Shown piece by piece: positions 1 to 13,631 of a DNA stretch of 64,000 nucleotides. The stretch comes from Phoronis australis (taxonomy: Eukaryota; Animalia; Phoronida), in the NCBI GenBank assembly GCA_002633005.1, contig NMRA01000046.1:1141126-1205125 (forward strand), read 5' to 3'. The translations under genes and the position numbers were made by a program. The notes below the pieces were generated by a model, which saw only the letters and a list, made by a program, of their open reading frames with translations, searched no databases and was not told the DNA's origin. Numbering within the stretch: position 1 is the first letter of the stretch; each line of letters starts with the position of its first letter.

Positions 1-217
1 GTCAAATAAAGTAGACACTCCATGAACTACGCAGTGAAACGAACAGAATTGAACTGAACACTGAACTGATTTATTCTACATATCATAACAATATATATAC
101 ACACAACTACATAACAACATATGATGCGTTACCTATGACACACTTCCTATACCAGGAATCGCATGACATAATACCAATTAAACTACTGAACTCATAAACA
201 ATAACAACCTTCAAACA
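1..217 (-). mobile_element. possible LTR fragment, truncated by the window edge
   Basis: Minus strand begins TGTTTGAAGG at 217, is TG-rich and has an internal AATAAA, as is typical of LTRs. The other end is not visible. Confidence 0.3.
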
Positions 218-2928
218 TCCTGTTATTGTGTGACTAAGTACACAACACTGACCAGGCGCGCTCTTTTATTTAGGTAGAGAGCACACCAAGCGTAATTCAA
301 CACGCCCGTTATTTCTTGCGTTAGCGTTGTACCAACCTGGGAGAACAAGCCATGCTGGTTTGGAATTCTTTTTTGTCGGATATTTTTACTATCGCTTTCG
401 AAATGCTGTTAGTTTTGCCTTGGATGCAATCGGCATGACCATTCTCAAAACATTTTTGTTTCCTCTCGCCCTAAACTAACTGCTATGAGATGTGTCACTC
501 GGTACGTAATGCAAATTATTTTCCAATTTTCATTGTCGGAGCTGAGCTGTGCACATGTTTACGGCTGGTTACTTTCTGAAAAACAAATACAATTTTGACA
601 TACACCTTATAAGATGGTCGTCAAATTGACTGACGGGTCAATACGAATATCTGATAGTAAACTACTAAAACAAGTAAACGCCATTCTGTTTTGTTAAGAC
701 ATTAAGGAAATAAACAATTTTATAAAAAATCTAAACAGCAGTAAATTGTAGACATTTTAATGCATATTTTATAATGTGTGAGAAAATGGTTTAATAAAAC
801 ACTAGTTTATGAAAGTCACAAAATGGATGGTTTAGAGCAGTTAAATGTTTCAGAAAATGATTTTAGCTTTGCATTTTAGAGATACTTTGCACACCCTTAT
901 ATTACGACTTTCAACTTTTTAGAGTCTCATTAGTATATGACGAATTATGAAGTTATAATAAACTCATATTTCCAGAGTGACTGCTCAACCGCTGCAGTTT
1001 TGATTCCGTTTACAAGCGTTTTTGCGAAATAACGTTGGGTGGTATTTTGTAAACGCAAGAATCACTCTAAGGAAGCTAGTGTGATCACGTGCTTTGCTTG
1101 TAGTACATGGCGGTATGCGTGTCCTTTCGTTTTCACAAGATTCTCTCCTCTGCGGAGCACTACTATATCCCCACTGCGCCACCAGCACGTCACCGAATTC
1201 AATTTTTTCCTTTGTATGTCATCCGGATTCTGACTTCATCTTTGTTGATATATACATTATTATTGCTATAACTGTTTGTATAATATGTATGTCTATTGTT
1301 AATTTTTACCTCTTATTTCTCTTATCTGTTATTAATCTCTTATTTTGTTTAAGTTTTACATCTAATCTTCGTTAGTGCATACATTTATATATTATTTATG
1401 TATTTGTAAATTCATTTATGTATTTATTTATTTACTTAGTATTTTATGTATTTATGTTTATATTTATTTACCTATTTTGTAACAGATTTACTTTTTTACT
1501 GCTGGTTGTCTTTTGTCTTTCACCTGTTATCATTTTGTTGCTCATCTTTTTACGGAGCATAATGGAAATGTCTTTTACTCTTTATGTTATCCGGGTCTTG
1601 CGCTTGTACTTTTGTTATTTTTTGTTTTGTGTATTTATGTTTTTCTTTCATTTCTGTGCACTTGTGTGATTCTAATAAATTTATTATTATTTTTTTCACA
1701 ATGTTCATTTTTTGCCGAGATTCTGAAAAAATTCATAAAAATGAAAAATTTCACCATGTAAAAGAATCCAATACAATATTTTGTGTTACCATGTAACAAC
1801 AGGTGTTCCCATTAACATTGTCTCTTTGTTATGAAGATTGTTTTTGTCCAGCGTCCAGTTTCTTTAGTAATTTAACAAACGTAAAAATGTAATTGTTCCA
1901 TACAACCCATACAGTGAGATATTCGCATTGTATTTCAAAGTTAGATAACATATGTTTGCGCATTGTTATCTGTCAGAATAGCCCTACCTGCAAATTTCGC
2001 ATAGATAGTTGGAGTAATTAGTTTGTCACAATTTTTGTACATGTCCTTGCTACCTGAATTTTTGCTGAGGAATGTATTTACATCGAACGTTACTAAAATC
2101 TTTGCAACAGCCATGAGAAACTCGTATTCTAAAATCCTGTAGCAATCTTAAATCATTGAGACTGGTTCCTTGTTAGTTTAGTCATTTGCATTATCGATAC
2201 TCGATACTCGATGAAATTAATTAGTTGACTGATTAGTTGATTAATCAACCAGTTAATTCATAAAGGGTTTCGTTATTACACTTCTTGATATATTTTTCAC
2301 ATTTTGGTAACATTGTTCATTTTTGAATGAAAAATATTTGTATAACCTGTTAGTTATGCAGAATAACTCCTTTGAACTATATTACTCAAGCCCTGGAATT
2401 CCAACTCCTGCACGTGTCCTATGTATTCTAGTATTAAAGTTTGCGACCACGAGACTACCCCGAAAATTTGCATTGAGAACTTCCGGCTGCGTGCTCGACA
2501 GAGTTTTGATTGAGAATTGCAGTTATCGAATCAAGCCTAATTTCATTGCTTCATTTTCATCTTATGATTGTTTATTAAACAAGACTCTTGAGGGACGGTT
2601 CCATACATCAGCGATTCTTGGCAAAATAAGTCAACAAATCTGACAATTACTCTGGTCATTCTTTATAAGCATCGACTTGTGGCCCTGGGAGGATGCCGGT
2701 AGTAGTTTGGTCTCTGATATCTTTTCAGCTCCAGTCGTAGAACCACTTGGCGACAACCTATCACACTACATACCAGGAGTATTTCAACAAGACATTTTTG
2801 GGTGATAAAATCATGTTACAGTATTTTACGGAAAGGAGTTAGATTTGGCTTGAATGATAAGTTTAGGCCTTAAAAACAGGTGCGTTTATGTAACTTTTGA
2901 AAAATTACTCGTAATAGCTTAGCTAAGC

Positions 2929-3020
2929 GTGTGTGTAGTGTGTGTGTGCGTATGTGTGTGCGTGTGTGTGCGTGTGTGTGTGCGTGTGTGTGTCTGCGTG
3001 TGTGTGCTCGCGTGTGTTTG
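2929..3020. repeat. (TG)n/(TGCG) microsatellite
   Basis: Visible imperfect gtgtgtgcgt run. Confidence 0.95.
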
Positions 3021-3879
3021 GGTGTTATTATTTCTTTTTTATAATTTTCTACTATAATGCGTTTCTACAATGTTTACCTGTTGCCCAGATGCCGTTTTTT
3101 GTTAATTAGATTTCTGAGAAGTAGGCTTACCATTATCCATAGTATTTACCTTTATCCATGAAAAAATGAAAAGTTTACCTTGTAAAAGAACTAAGCAACG
3201 AGCATTAATTATTAATTGGCGAATCGATTGTAGCGGGTTAGTCACAGTGTGGCTTAGACTCGCTTAGGCGTTGCAGTAACAGAACATCAAATACTGCGTA
3301 GGATTCGTCCCATGTGGATTGCTTTACGTTACGCATATCAACTAAAAATAGATTATATGACGTATGTTGAAATATGGGTAGTGATTTGGTCTCGCTATCA
3401 TCAGTGTGGTGTAATTTTACTTGATCGAAACCTGTTTATACCACACATTTTGGCATTTTTCATCGTGTTTCTTTTGCAAAACAAGCTGCACAAACTCGCT
3501 GTTCACGTCGTAGTCCACGGCTTTTACTCCTTGAACAGAAAACCGACAAACTATGAGCTGAAAATTGGTAAAGTTGGGAATGAATTAGTCCACGCATTCG
3601 CTGGACATTCAAGACACACTCTGAGTCGTTCCATGTAATTGCTATAATTCATGCTGATCAGAAGCTTGATTACACCTATTTTTGTATCTACGTGCTGCAT
3701 ATGACTCTCAGAAAACAGTGATAACATTTGATACGACTTATCTTCACACGCTTTTGATTTTGACCACTTTTTTGCCGGCTCAAGAACAGCTACTGAAATC
3801 GGGCTCTGACGTCACTTGGCGCGCCAATCAGCGTGAGTCTTTTCAACGCAGGCTCAACTCGATACAGTTATCTACTTCG

Positions 3880-4135
3880 TTAGATAAAGTATTAAATGGG
3901 CTTTCATAAAATGTTTTTAATTTTTCGCTAAGACGTCTCCTTTTTGAATTATTTGAGATTTTCTGGTAAGGCTGTTCCTTTGTTGACTGATTTTGCTGCA
4001 CTTTTGTTGATTTACCTTCTGTTGAAGAAGACCGTAGTCTATTTCTTACTCATTTCTGACATCTTCGTTCGTCATATGAATGTTGTCATCATGTTCATCA
4101 TCGCCACCACCACCATCATCCTCCTGAACATGTAC
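3880..4135 (+). repeat. fragment of a dispersed repeat shared with 61845-62100
   Basis: Colinear matches: tttgagattttctg, gctgttcctttgttga, tatttcttact, tatgaatgtt, catcatcgccacc. Confidence 0.7.
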
Positions 4136-4201
4136 ATTCTCAATCTATTTATTCAATCGTGTAATATTACTGTCCTTGTGTGTAATGAAATTGTTTTTCA
4201 G

Positions 4202-4381
4202 TTCACGGAGCTTGGGGTGAATGGTCCTTAATAGGGGAATGTTCCGCCTCTTGTGCGAACACGACTGGCGTAAAGCCATATAACAGATCGTGTAACAATC
4301 CTGTGCCAGCCTATGGAGGAAATGGTTGCCAAGGAAATGCTGTGAGAGATGAAGTGTGCAAGTTGAAAACAGTATGCATAG
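4202..4381 (+). CDS. internal exon encoding a thrombospondin type-1 (TSP1/TSR) repeat
   Basis: ttttcag|...ATAG|gtaagt, phase 1-1. Translates (V)HGAWGEWSLIGECSASCANTTGVKPYNRSCNNPVPAYGGNGCQGNAVRDEVCKLKTVCI, with WxxW, CSxSC and RSCNNPxPxYGGxxC TSR motifs. Not in the ORF track. Confidence 0.9.
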
Positions 4382-4882
4382 GTAAGTTAAATTCACTGTG
4401 CTTAGCAGAGTAAAAGCGATTCCATTTCGGTTACCAATTCAAGCCACAGACAATGCGTATATGCGCATACTGCGGGGTTGGTTAACTCCAGTAAAATCGT
4501 TTTCTTGAGTCGCTGTTGGTTTCTAAGTTATTATGAGCAACGGCAATAGAATGTTGTCCCTATCAGGACTATTACGAGACAGATTTTATAAGAGTAAAAG
4601 ACTTAATTCGATTTTGATTTTAGACAGTTTAGCAGGGCGAAATGTATCAAGTCCATGACCCTTGCGCAACACTCTGGAGGGACAGGGGAAGGGAATTTTG
4701 TCCCAAAACTTAGTGCTATGGACAGAAGTTAAAAGTGATATGACCAGACTGCTATGGGGAACTACTGAACGTTCTGATTAGAAGGTTAAGCGCGATGACA
4801 TGACAAGCGGAAACGGTGGTTGTGGACGCTATCGGTAATATTACAACGAGTTTCTTTATTTCCATATTTACATTTATTACAG

Positions 4883-6696
4883 GCAAAGGTCGTGCAACGG
4901 TTTCCGCAGCGGCTGTAGCTCTTCCGCTTGTAGCGTTGTTTCTACTGGCTGTTGCTTTTGTGTGTTGGTACTACCGCCGTAGAAAACAAAAATCTGTCAA
5001 CCCTCATCAAGAAGAACTTATGCACCTGGAAAAGGAACATGCAACGCTCTTGGGCGACTTGAAAACTGCCAACGAGGCAGGTGAGGACAAAGGAATAAAA
5101 ACAGCGCTTCTCAAATACAGCCACTTCATCGGTCGTAACAGGCACGTTATCAAGCCAGACCGGGAGCTGCTGAAGCAGTCGAAGATGATTCTTGCCCACA
5201 AACGTATAATAGCTATGGCCAGTGGACGAGTGGCTGACGAACTGGAACTTGTCACGGACAACCTTAAGGAGGCTGTCAAAAACCACTACCAGAGTGACAT
5301 AGAGGAAGCATTGATTGAGTACAAATTTTTCTTTGAGGACAACAGCGACAAGTACGAGCCAGATAAAGAGCTTCTAGAACAGGCGGAGTCATTGTTGAAA
5401 GATGCTGACCAATTGGTGAGTGACACTCTTCGGGAGAGGTTGGAAGCCGCTAGGGTGGTTCTCATGTCAAGCATAGAGGCTTGCAACCCCACGGAGATCA
5501 AAGAAGCTCTGGCTAACTATGAGAGCATAATACTGGCGTTCCAGGGAAAGGTCGTGCCCGATGAGCACTTGATTCGTGAGGCGCATGCCATTCTTAATTC
5601 TAAGAAACTGCCCTATAAGTTGTTCAAAGAAAATGAGCTGCTAAAAAGAGAGTTGAACAAGGCAAATACGTCTAACGACGTGGCCACCATAATAGAGAAG
5701 TTGCATGCGTATGAGGTGTTCATACGAGAACATGACTATCACGAAGCTATAAAACTGGACGAGACCATCACACAAGAATCAAAGAAAATTCTTGCAGCGA
5801 AAGAGGTCATCAACGATACCATTCGCAACAGGAATCAGCAGCTACAGGAAGGATTAGAGAAAGCTTGTGATTCCAAAAATGAAAACGAAATTCAACAAGC
5901 CCTCTTGGACTATGAAAACTTCGCTAAAGAAGCGACAGTTTATACAATTGTCAATCATGACCTTATTACTAGAGCGATACGTATTGTAACTGCACACATA
6001 GAAAAACGCAATCTGCTGACCGCCGTGAAAAGCAGAGACCTGGGACGCATTCGGCTATGCTCTGCTATTATTGAAAAATGTGACATGGAAGAAGCCTTCA
6101 AGCAGGACATTTCTGTTGCTGAAGCAGTCGGTAAAGCATTGCAACATGTGGAAGAATTGAGAACAAACTTGATTAACGTTCGAGAGTCCGCAGTCGATAA
6201 CCTTATTGGAAACGAAAATCCTTCGAAGACTTTACAGGACATCGTACGTGCCACTCTGTTAATTCTAGGCAGCTCTGAGGAGGAATTGAGTAACTGGGAC
6301 ACATGTCGGAGACTGCTTCAGCCAAAGTGGAGTGATGAGTACCCTGGTTTCCTCATGCGTGTCGGAGAGTTCATTGTAAAATATCTTCACCCGGAGGTAG
6401 CCGTGCGTGTTCTTGAACTCTTGGAGTCATACACAGATGAGTTGGCGAAAGCGGAAGGGCGCAGCGTCTTCCCACTATACGCATGGTCTCGCGCCGTTGC
6501 TGAGCAGAGCCTCCTGGATCTCGAAACACGTCCCCCTGCGGCCACCGGCAGCAGGCAAGTTAGTCTTCTTCAAACAATGGCCGCGAAGATAGCAGAGGAA
6601 AAGGAGCGCACTTTAGCCGCCGTGCAAGCGCACCAAACGAGACGACGTAGTTCTGCTGCTCCCAGGTCATCTCGCCGAAGCACGCTCGTTGTTTAA
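4883..6696 (+). CDS. terminal exon of a type I membrane protein: TM helix, ~67-aa helical repeats, dynein-stalk MTBD-like C-terminal region
   Basis: Acceptor tttattacag|GC at 4883 is phase 1, joining the TSP1 exon in frame to ORF 4816-6696. Hydrophobic AAAVALPLVALFLLAVAFVCWYY is followed by RRRKQK. Stop at 6694-6696, AATAAA at 6942. Confidence 0.85.
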
Positions 6697-7929
6697 CGCA
6701 AGACTATATTTAGGAGAATTCGCATGAGAGGCAAACCTCGCTAGTGGACGGATACGCAAATCGATATGCTTATGACCCGTCGAAAACGACGTTGGTTTTT
6801 CGCAACAATTTTAGTGTGCCAATAACGGCATTCTGACCCGTTGTTAAACATCCATGGACAAACGACACTTCACTTCCGAACTCTCCCGAAACCTTTTCAG
6901 TGTTCTCACGAAACTGCATACAAGACCATATTTGTGTTTTGAATAAAACCGTTGAGAACTGCAAAGGCTTCATAGTTACTTCGAGTTGTTTCCTGTGAGG
7001 TAGATGGGGGTCAGGCGACATCCTGAAAGCTAGTGGCGGCACGTTTTCTTCGTGGATGGAATTGGTAACCTTAGAGGCATCATTTTACCAGCCACAGGGG
7101 TTTGGGGTCCAACAAGGGAAAAACATAGTGGGTGCTAGAGATTCCTAATTACAACAGTGTAAAAGTGATCGAGCTGGGGGTCCGATCCGGCTATGGACCG
7201 GGTACACACCTGTTTATTTATGAGATGACGATCAAGAACGTGCAGATAAAAATACTAAGCCTGGTAGAAGTCGCGGTCGCAGGTTATTGCAGACTTTCAA
7301 AGCAAAAGTAAGAGCAACGCGAAGCGATGTTACGCACCCACAAGCGATTTGTTGCTAGGGGTATCTGAAATAGGGAGAACTGACAAAAGTGTCGATACTT
7401 CGCCTTTTAAAACTAACATGAAATCAAAAATTAAGTAATTTTTTTTTATTTGCAACAAAGAGACACAATTAAGAATTCAAAATTAGCAGGTCTAGTCTAC
7501 TTTTCATCAGCAACAATCACGAGGTTTAGTAGATACAAAGATGGACAAGAAATGACATTAAGGGCACATAACATGCTATACTCTGCTCAAAAGTAGTAGT
7601 TGTAATCACTCCCAAAAGCGAACAAACACAAGCGGGAGCTGCAGTAGTCAAACTCACTCGAAAATCGACAGGCTTCGGTGCACTGCACCATATACCTCTG
7701 CTTCAACATTTCATTGAGATCCATCAATCGATTCTAGATCTAGATATCGTCCGAAAACGCTCTTCCTCCCAAGTAAAAATGCCAATACCATAATAGCCAC
7801 TAGCGTGTGCTACAGAGGTCAAATTCACCCAAAGTGGAATTGTGCCGGCGCATTGCTGTCATATCATTGAGTTTGTTTAACTGAAATCTATCAGTGAAAT
7901 TCCGTAGATCGTATCCGGAAACCTCTCCC

Positions 7930-10103
7930 TTCTAAATACTGAAAAGTCGCGTCCCTGGACCTATTCAACATTACCACGACGACGGCATCAAAACCAGTTA
8001 CGAAAGAAGATTTCGTAAAAGCGATCCCAGATATATTCAGTGACAAGGTGGGAAAGCTTGAAGGGGGCACCGCATCAGACTGGGTGACTGTGTGCCAGCT
8101 GTACAACATGCACCACGCAGGGTACCAGTGCCCCTCTGGTAACTCTTGAAAGCGAATCTGGAGGTTCTTGACAAGGATGGGATCATTGCCCCGGGTTGAA
8201 GAGCCCACGGAGTGGATCAACTCTATGGTTGTTGTCCGTAAAAAAGACAATGACCTGCGCATCTGTTTGGACCCCAAACACCAGAATGAGGCCATTCTAC
8301 GAGAGCACTACGAGATGCCAACTGTGGAAGACATAGCTAAAAGATTACACAGCGCAAAAGTATTTTCCGAGCTCGACGTGACCAAAGGATTTTGTCATGT
8401 ACCTTTAACTGAAGGTTCATCCCCGTTGACAACCTTCCACACACCCTTTGGGAGATATAGATGGCTCCGTCTCCCCTTTGGAATAAAGTCAGCTCCAGAA
8501 GTATTTCAAGGGAAAACACACGACCTTATACAAGGTGGCGTTGAGGTTCAGGCGGACGACTTCCTGGCAGTCGGTTTTGGGGACAATAGAGAAGGAGCTG
8601 TACGTGATGACGACAACACTTTCTCTACATTTTTACAACGATGCAAGGACAAGCATGTGGTACTGAACCATAAGAAATTCAAGTTTAGGCAATCCTCAGT
8701 GGAATTCATCGGTCACATAGCCTCGGACAAAGGTATTCAGTAAACTCCAAGCTGTTTTGAAAATGCCGTCTCCAGAAGACGTCAAGGGTGTCCAGAGACT
8801 CTTAGGCATGGCACTTGGGTAAGTTTTTGCCCAACCTCTCCGTATTGTGGAACCTTTGAGAGCACTTACAAGAAAGTAAGTTCCTTGGTACTGGGATGTG
8901 CAAAATGGCAGGCGTTCGATAAACTCAAGCAGGCTATCGCAATTACACCCGTTTTGCGATACTACAACCTGGATGAAAAGCTGGCGATAAAGTGCGATGC
9001 ATCCCAGTCCGGACTTGGCGCAGCGCTGTTACAGAATGGACAACCGCGCGGCCTACGCATTTCGAGCACTTACTTCTTCGGAGCAAAACTATGCTCAAAT
9101 CGAGAAAGAGCTAAATTAGCCATTGTCTTTGCCTGTGAGCTGTTCAATACGTACGTCTATAGAAGAGATCATGTGACAGTCAACACAGGTCACAAACCCT
9201 GGGAAATGATTGAGAAGAAGCTCCTGTATCAGCGACCGAAAAGGCTACAGCGCATGTTCCTAAGGCTGCAGAAATATGCATTAACCATTACGTACGTTAA
9301 AGGAGAGAGCATATTCTTAGCGGATACTCTACGTAGAGCATGTCTGAAAGATACCTGTGAGGTGAAAGAGGCAGTGACTATCAACCATGTAGAAGAATCT
9401 GATGCTTGACAACTGACCTTTGGAGACAGCAGAGTCAGCCGGAGACCCAGTTCTTTGGTAGTTAAACAAGATGGTTCATGCTGGCAGGCCAAGCACACGC
9501 AGCGCAGATTCGCAGGTTCTACGTCAATACTTTGGTATGCGCGACCAGCTGGTGAGCGAAGGACCCTTGATGTTTTGAGGATGCAAAGTGACCATTCCCA
9601 GGAGTATGAGGAGGCAAATGTCGCAACTGCACTCAACACACATTGAAATAGATTGGTCTATTCGACGGGCTAGAGAGTCCATGTACTGACTGAGCAGTGA
9701 CACATGTCTGATCGATCGAATCAACCAAGGGAGACTATGATGAGAGATCCAATGATATCCTTACCATGGGCGAAGATTGCGGCTGACCTGTGCGAGTTCA
9801 ATGGGAGACCTTTACTAGTTGTCTTGGTGAATTTCTACAGCAATTACATAGAAGTCGCCAATTTGTCTTCAACGACATCCAGAGCTGACATCAAAGAGAT
9901 GATAAGGATCTTCGATGTGCATGGTGTTTCCCAAGCGGTCTTTGGCAATAATGGGCCTCAGTTCAATACAGCCGAATTTGCAGTGTTTGCAGCAAATTTG
10001 GAATTTTGTGCATAACACCTCATCTCTTCGTTATGCACAATCCAACGGCAATGCAGAAAATGCAGCGGTTGTTCAAGAAACGTCAGTCGGACAAAACCTC
10101 AAA
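7930..10103 (+). mobile_element. Ty3/Gypsy LTR retrotransposon pol remnant (RT, RNase H, integrase N-part), frameshifted
   Basis: LRICLDPK, TTFHTPFGRYRWLRLPFGIKSAPEVFQ, ADDFL (RT); CDASQSGLGAALLQNG (RNase H); PWAKIAADLCE, NNGPQF (integrase). Confidence 0.92.
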
Positions 10104-10274
10104 ATTTTTTTCCTTCCTTCCTTTATTTGTACACATGGCCATCGGCCCAAAGTACAACAAACAAGCAAACAAGATCATTGGAGTGCTATGCACACTGGTC
10201 AGAAATACACAAGCTGTTCCGTTTTTTAGATGCGTAGTATTCATATTTCACAACTGAGATATCGGGATTACATA

Positions 10275-10396
10275 CGCCAGATAAACTAGACAAAAAGTTT
10301 TAAGTTTAACGAGTTTAATTCTCAGCCGACAACACAACGAGGTCGAACCGGAAGGGTTCCCCGCAACACAGTCCTACGAATAACAATGCAATGGCG
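10275..10396 (-). repeat. 3' LTR of the inner Gypsy element
   Basis: Direct repeat of 13632-13754; a purine tract (agaagagg) lies just upstream on the minus strand. Confidence 0.85.
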
Positions 10397-13300
10397 TGAT
10401 TGCCTCTTCTGTCACAGAAAATGAGGTAAACTTACACTAAGAACGGGTAGTAGAAAACAAATATATATAGTAAACACAGTGCTAATAAGTTACTATGGCG
10501 TTAACAAAGTAGCTAAAATCAGTCATAAAGCCAATCGTCCGTTTGCCAATGAGGTTTGTGGCGCAGCCGTTGCCGTAGAACCAAGCTGGCGGGATGCATC
10601 AGGGGGAGGAACGATGGTGGATGGCACAGTTGGGGCGGCAAGTGGGCCACGTGAAGGTAGTACATCGTTGTTGCACCATGGAGCTGGATCGCAGGACGAG
10701 TTCAATGATGAAACGGATACTGGAACAGCGGACGGTGGGAACTCGTCGTCGTGATCGTGGCCACAAGGGGCAGTGACAGGTGATGCAGCTGGAATGTCAG
10801 TAATCTCTGACGGAACACAGTAACACTCGCTGCGTTTGACACTGTAAGAAGCATTACGTAACTGATCTCCAGAAAATTTACGAACACTCAACCACACGCC
10901 ATCGGAAGCAACCACGAGGTATCGTGGACGGGCTCTGCTTTTGTCCCTATCAGAGTAGAGGTAAACGATATCGCCGATGGATGCGTCGCATTCTACTTCC
11001 TGGTTGGCCAAAGGAGCCTTGGATCGTGCACTGGGTCCATGGTTGATGGAGCGCCGTTGTCGTTAGGAAGAGATCAACAAGTTGTCATGAACTGGTATTT
11101 GGCAATTGGTGAACTGGTCGCGCTGAAACCACATCTCTCTGGCAGACAATCCGGTGGAGCGAAGGCGGCTGTTCAATCGAGCAGCAGCTGTAAGAAACTG
11201 ACATTGCCGGCTCCATGCTGATCACGCAGTAACTCGTGTGACAACTCCGCCGTCTAACGAGCGCAGTTCGAGACACATTTGGAGACCATTTCGAAGTTCC
11301 TCGTGGCGTTCAGTAGCAATGATACAAGCCGCTGTGTAAGAAGAGACACAATCTCGGAGTACCAAAATCAGCTGTCGCTCGCGCTTCATGACGTCAGCTG
11401 CAGACGACGTCCCAACGGTCGCAGGTGTATCAGAGGTACTCTGCAGGGTCGTGGTTTTGGGGAAAGAGCGCATTGATGTGAGCTAGCTTGTAAAGTACCC
11501 ATCTCCCAAATCCAGCCGAGGACTTCTGTGCGTCGTGGGGCTATGACTCTTTGTAGAAGATAGACGGAGATCAGCCGTGGACAATGCATATAGCACCCTT
11601 TTCCAGTAGGTAATCAAATCTGTGATAGTCTGACCACCACAGTATAGGTCGCCAGCGAGCTTGGTGACGGCTCTTTCATCCAAAAGCTCTCCCAATACAC
11701 GACACTTCAACTCTTCCAAAGCAGTTTCCAAACCGGGCATACCCATGGCGCAACGTGCGTAGACACGGATACCTCGGAAAGGTGTGGATACGCCACAATA
11801 TTTCATGGACTCTCGTGACAAAGTAATTTGATAGAATGCACTCGTAAGATCAGTCTTGATGATGAACTTCCATTGAGCAATCTTCCGAAGCACGGAATCT
11901 ACGTCAGGCATGATAGATGGTTGGGGCTTGGCGTACCGGCCGACGTCTGAAAATGCTGTAACTAAACGAAAACCTCCGTGGGGTTTCTTGACTAGAAACG
12001 AGGGATTAAGATATTCTACTGTAATACCGACATCCTCTGGACGGACGAATACTCCCAGGAGCTCCAGCTCGTTGAATTTTTGTTGCAATTACAGGAGCTT
12101 GTCCTTGGAGTATTGGGGGAGGCGACCTTTCCTCTGTGGAGGTTGCGTAGGACCCATGTTGACAACGGCCTCAAACAGGCCTGCGGCGCCGTTGTACCCG
12201 GGGTATTGCGGATCAAATACGTGAGCAAACTCTCGATGCAGGGCGTGGAATCTGTCCCGATCAGCAGCATGCAGGATATTGTCGGGATCAACGGCAACAA
12301 AGCGATGATGATCCAAAGTAGTTTTAGGGGATGAGATACATTGGGTGGCTGTCGGGGATTCAGATGGAACCTCTGAAGGAGTGAGCACGGCGTGTACCTG
12401 GAAAAACTGCCCATCTCGTCGCAAAAATCGTGGTTCATCGGTGTTGTTGAACAGGCTAATTTTGCCATTAGTCGGAGCAAGAATGGCGGGTTGTGGCCAT
12501 AGCTGTGAAACACCCGTGGAGCGGAGGCTAATGCTGTCGCAGCGAGGTTCGATTGCAAGATGTTCTTCAGGATCGGTAAAATCGGACGGGGCCTCCAACT
12601 CAAGACAATCACCAGGTCAGATGGCTGTCGCGTGAGGTGGAGCACGTAATACCTGGGACAGTCGTGCTGTGAGTCGTGGGTATTGGTTTACGGGTTGGCC
12701 ATAAGTGTATGTAGATCCGTCGGCCAATGTGATAACCTTACGAGCAGGTCGTACTGAAATGTCGCTGTAAGTCATAAATGGGGTTGCTGCCAAGACGTCT
12801 ACCTCAAGAGACTTGATAACAAGACCGTGAAAAACGAAGGAATGCTTGTCACGTGTGAAGACAAGTCGAGTTTCCCCCACAACCTGTACAGTAGATGTAC
12901 CATCGGCCTGGAAGGCGGTTTGGGAATTTTTACGAACTTTCGCGCCCAACGAACGCCGGTGCACACGATGCGCTCATAATCATGTTTCCTGTGGCACCAC
13001 AAACAAATGTCAAACGCACGGGGGTTTGACCAACAAATGTGTCGAAATAAGGACACTGGACTATGTGGACGCGAAGTCAGGGCAGAACTGCCCGCAAAAT
13101 ATAGTGTCTTGAGCGAAGTCCTCCTCGGTGGCCTCGTCAACGTCGGTGAACCGGGCCTTGAGAAAGGCGCGCTTGTCGTCAGGTGGGAGGAAGAGGCACC
13201 GAAACAAGAAGTGATCTGAGGAAGTGCGGCGGGCGGTGGTGCATAAGACGCACGACGGGGTTCTACGGCGGCGAGGGGGGGGGGTTGTCTTCGAGCTGGT

Positions 13301-13631
13301 TATGCGCATGGAGCGAGTGTCCTCGATGCACCTAAGCTCATCAAGTAGTGAGTTCATAGCTTGAGAAATTTCAGTCTTGATGGAGGCAAGGGACTTTTTT
13401 GCGCAACATATCGTTGGGGTGTCATCGGGGTCGTCGGTCAGACCACGCAGTGGAGCAGCGGTTGTCTTTTTTAGCCAACTAACGCTGTCGACAAGAAATG
13501 GCGCAAAGTGAGGCTCCAAGGAAAGGATGTATAATAAATTCTGCCTCCAGCTATCAAATGAAGTAATGGTCTCATTTTTAGTGAGCGGCCACTGTTTTGG
13601 AGCTCGGGTTGTAGCCATGTCACTGCCACCA

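Noticed and set aside
1104-1375. Possible extra TSP1 exon starting ag|(V)HGG
   Set aside because: No WxxW or TSR cysteine pattern follows, and it runs into AT-rich low-complexity sequence.
1380-1800. Hydrophobic ORFs 1418-1796
   Set aside because: They arise from T-rich (ATTT)n low-complexity DNA.
4816-4882. ORF-track start of the 626-aa ORF (GTG at 4816)
   Set aside because: This segment is intronic (pyrimidine tract plus AG at 4881-4882); the exon starts at 4883.
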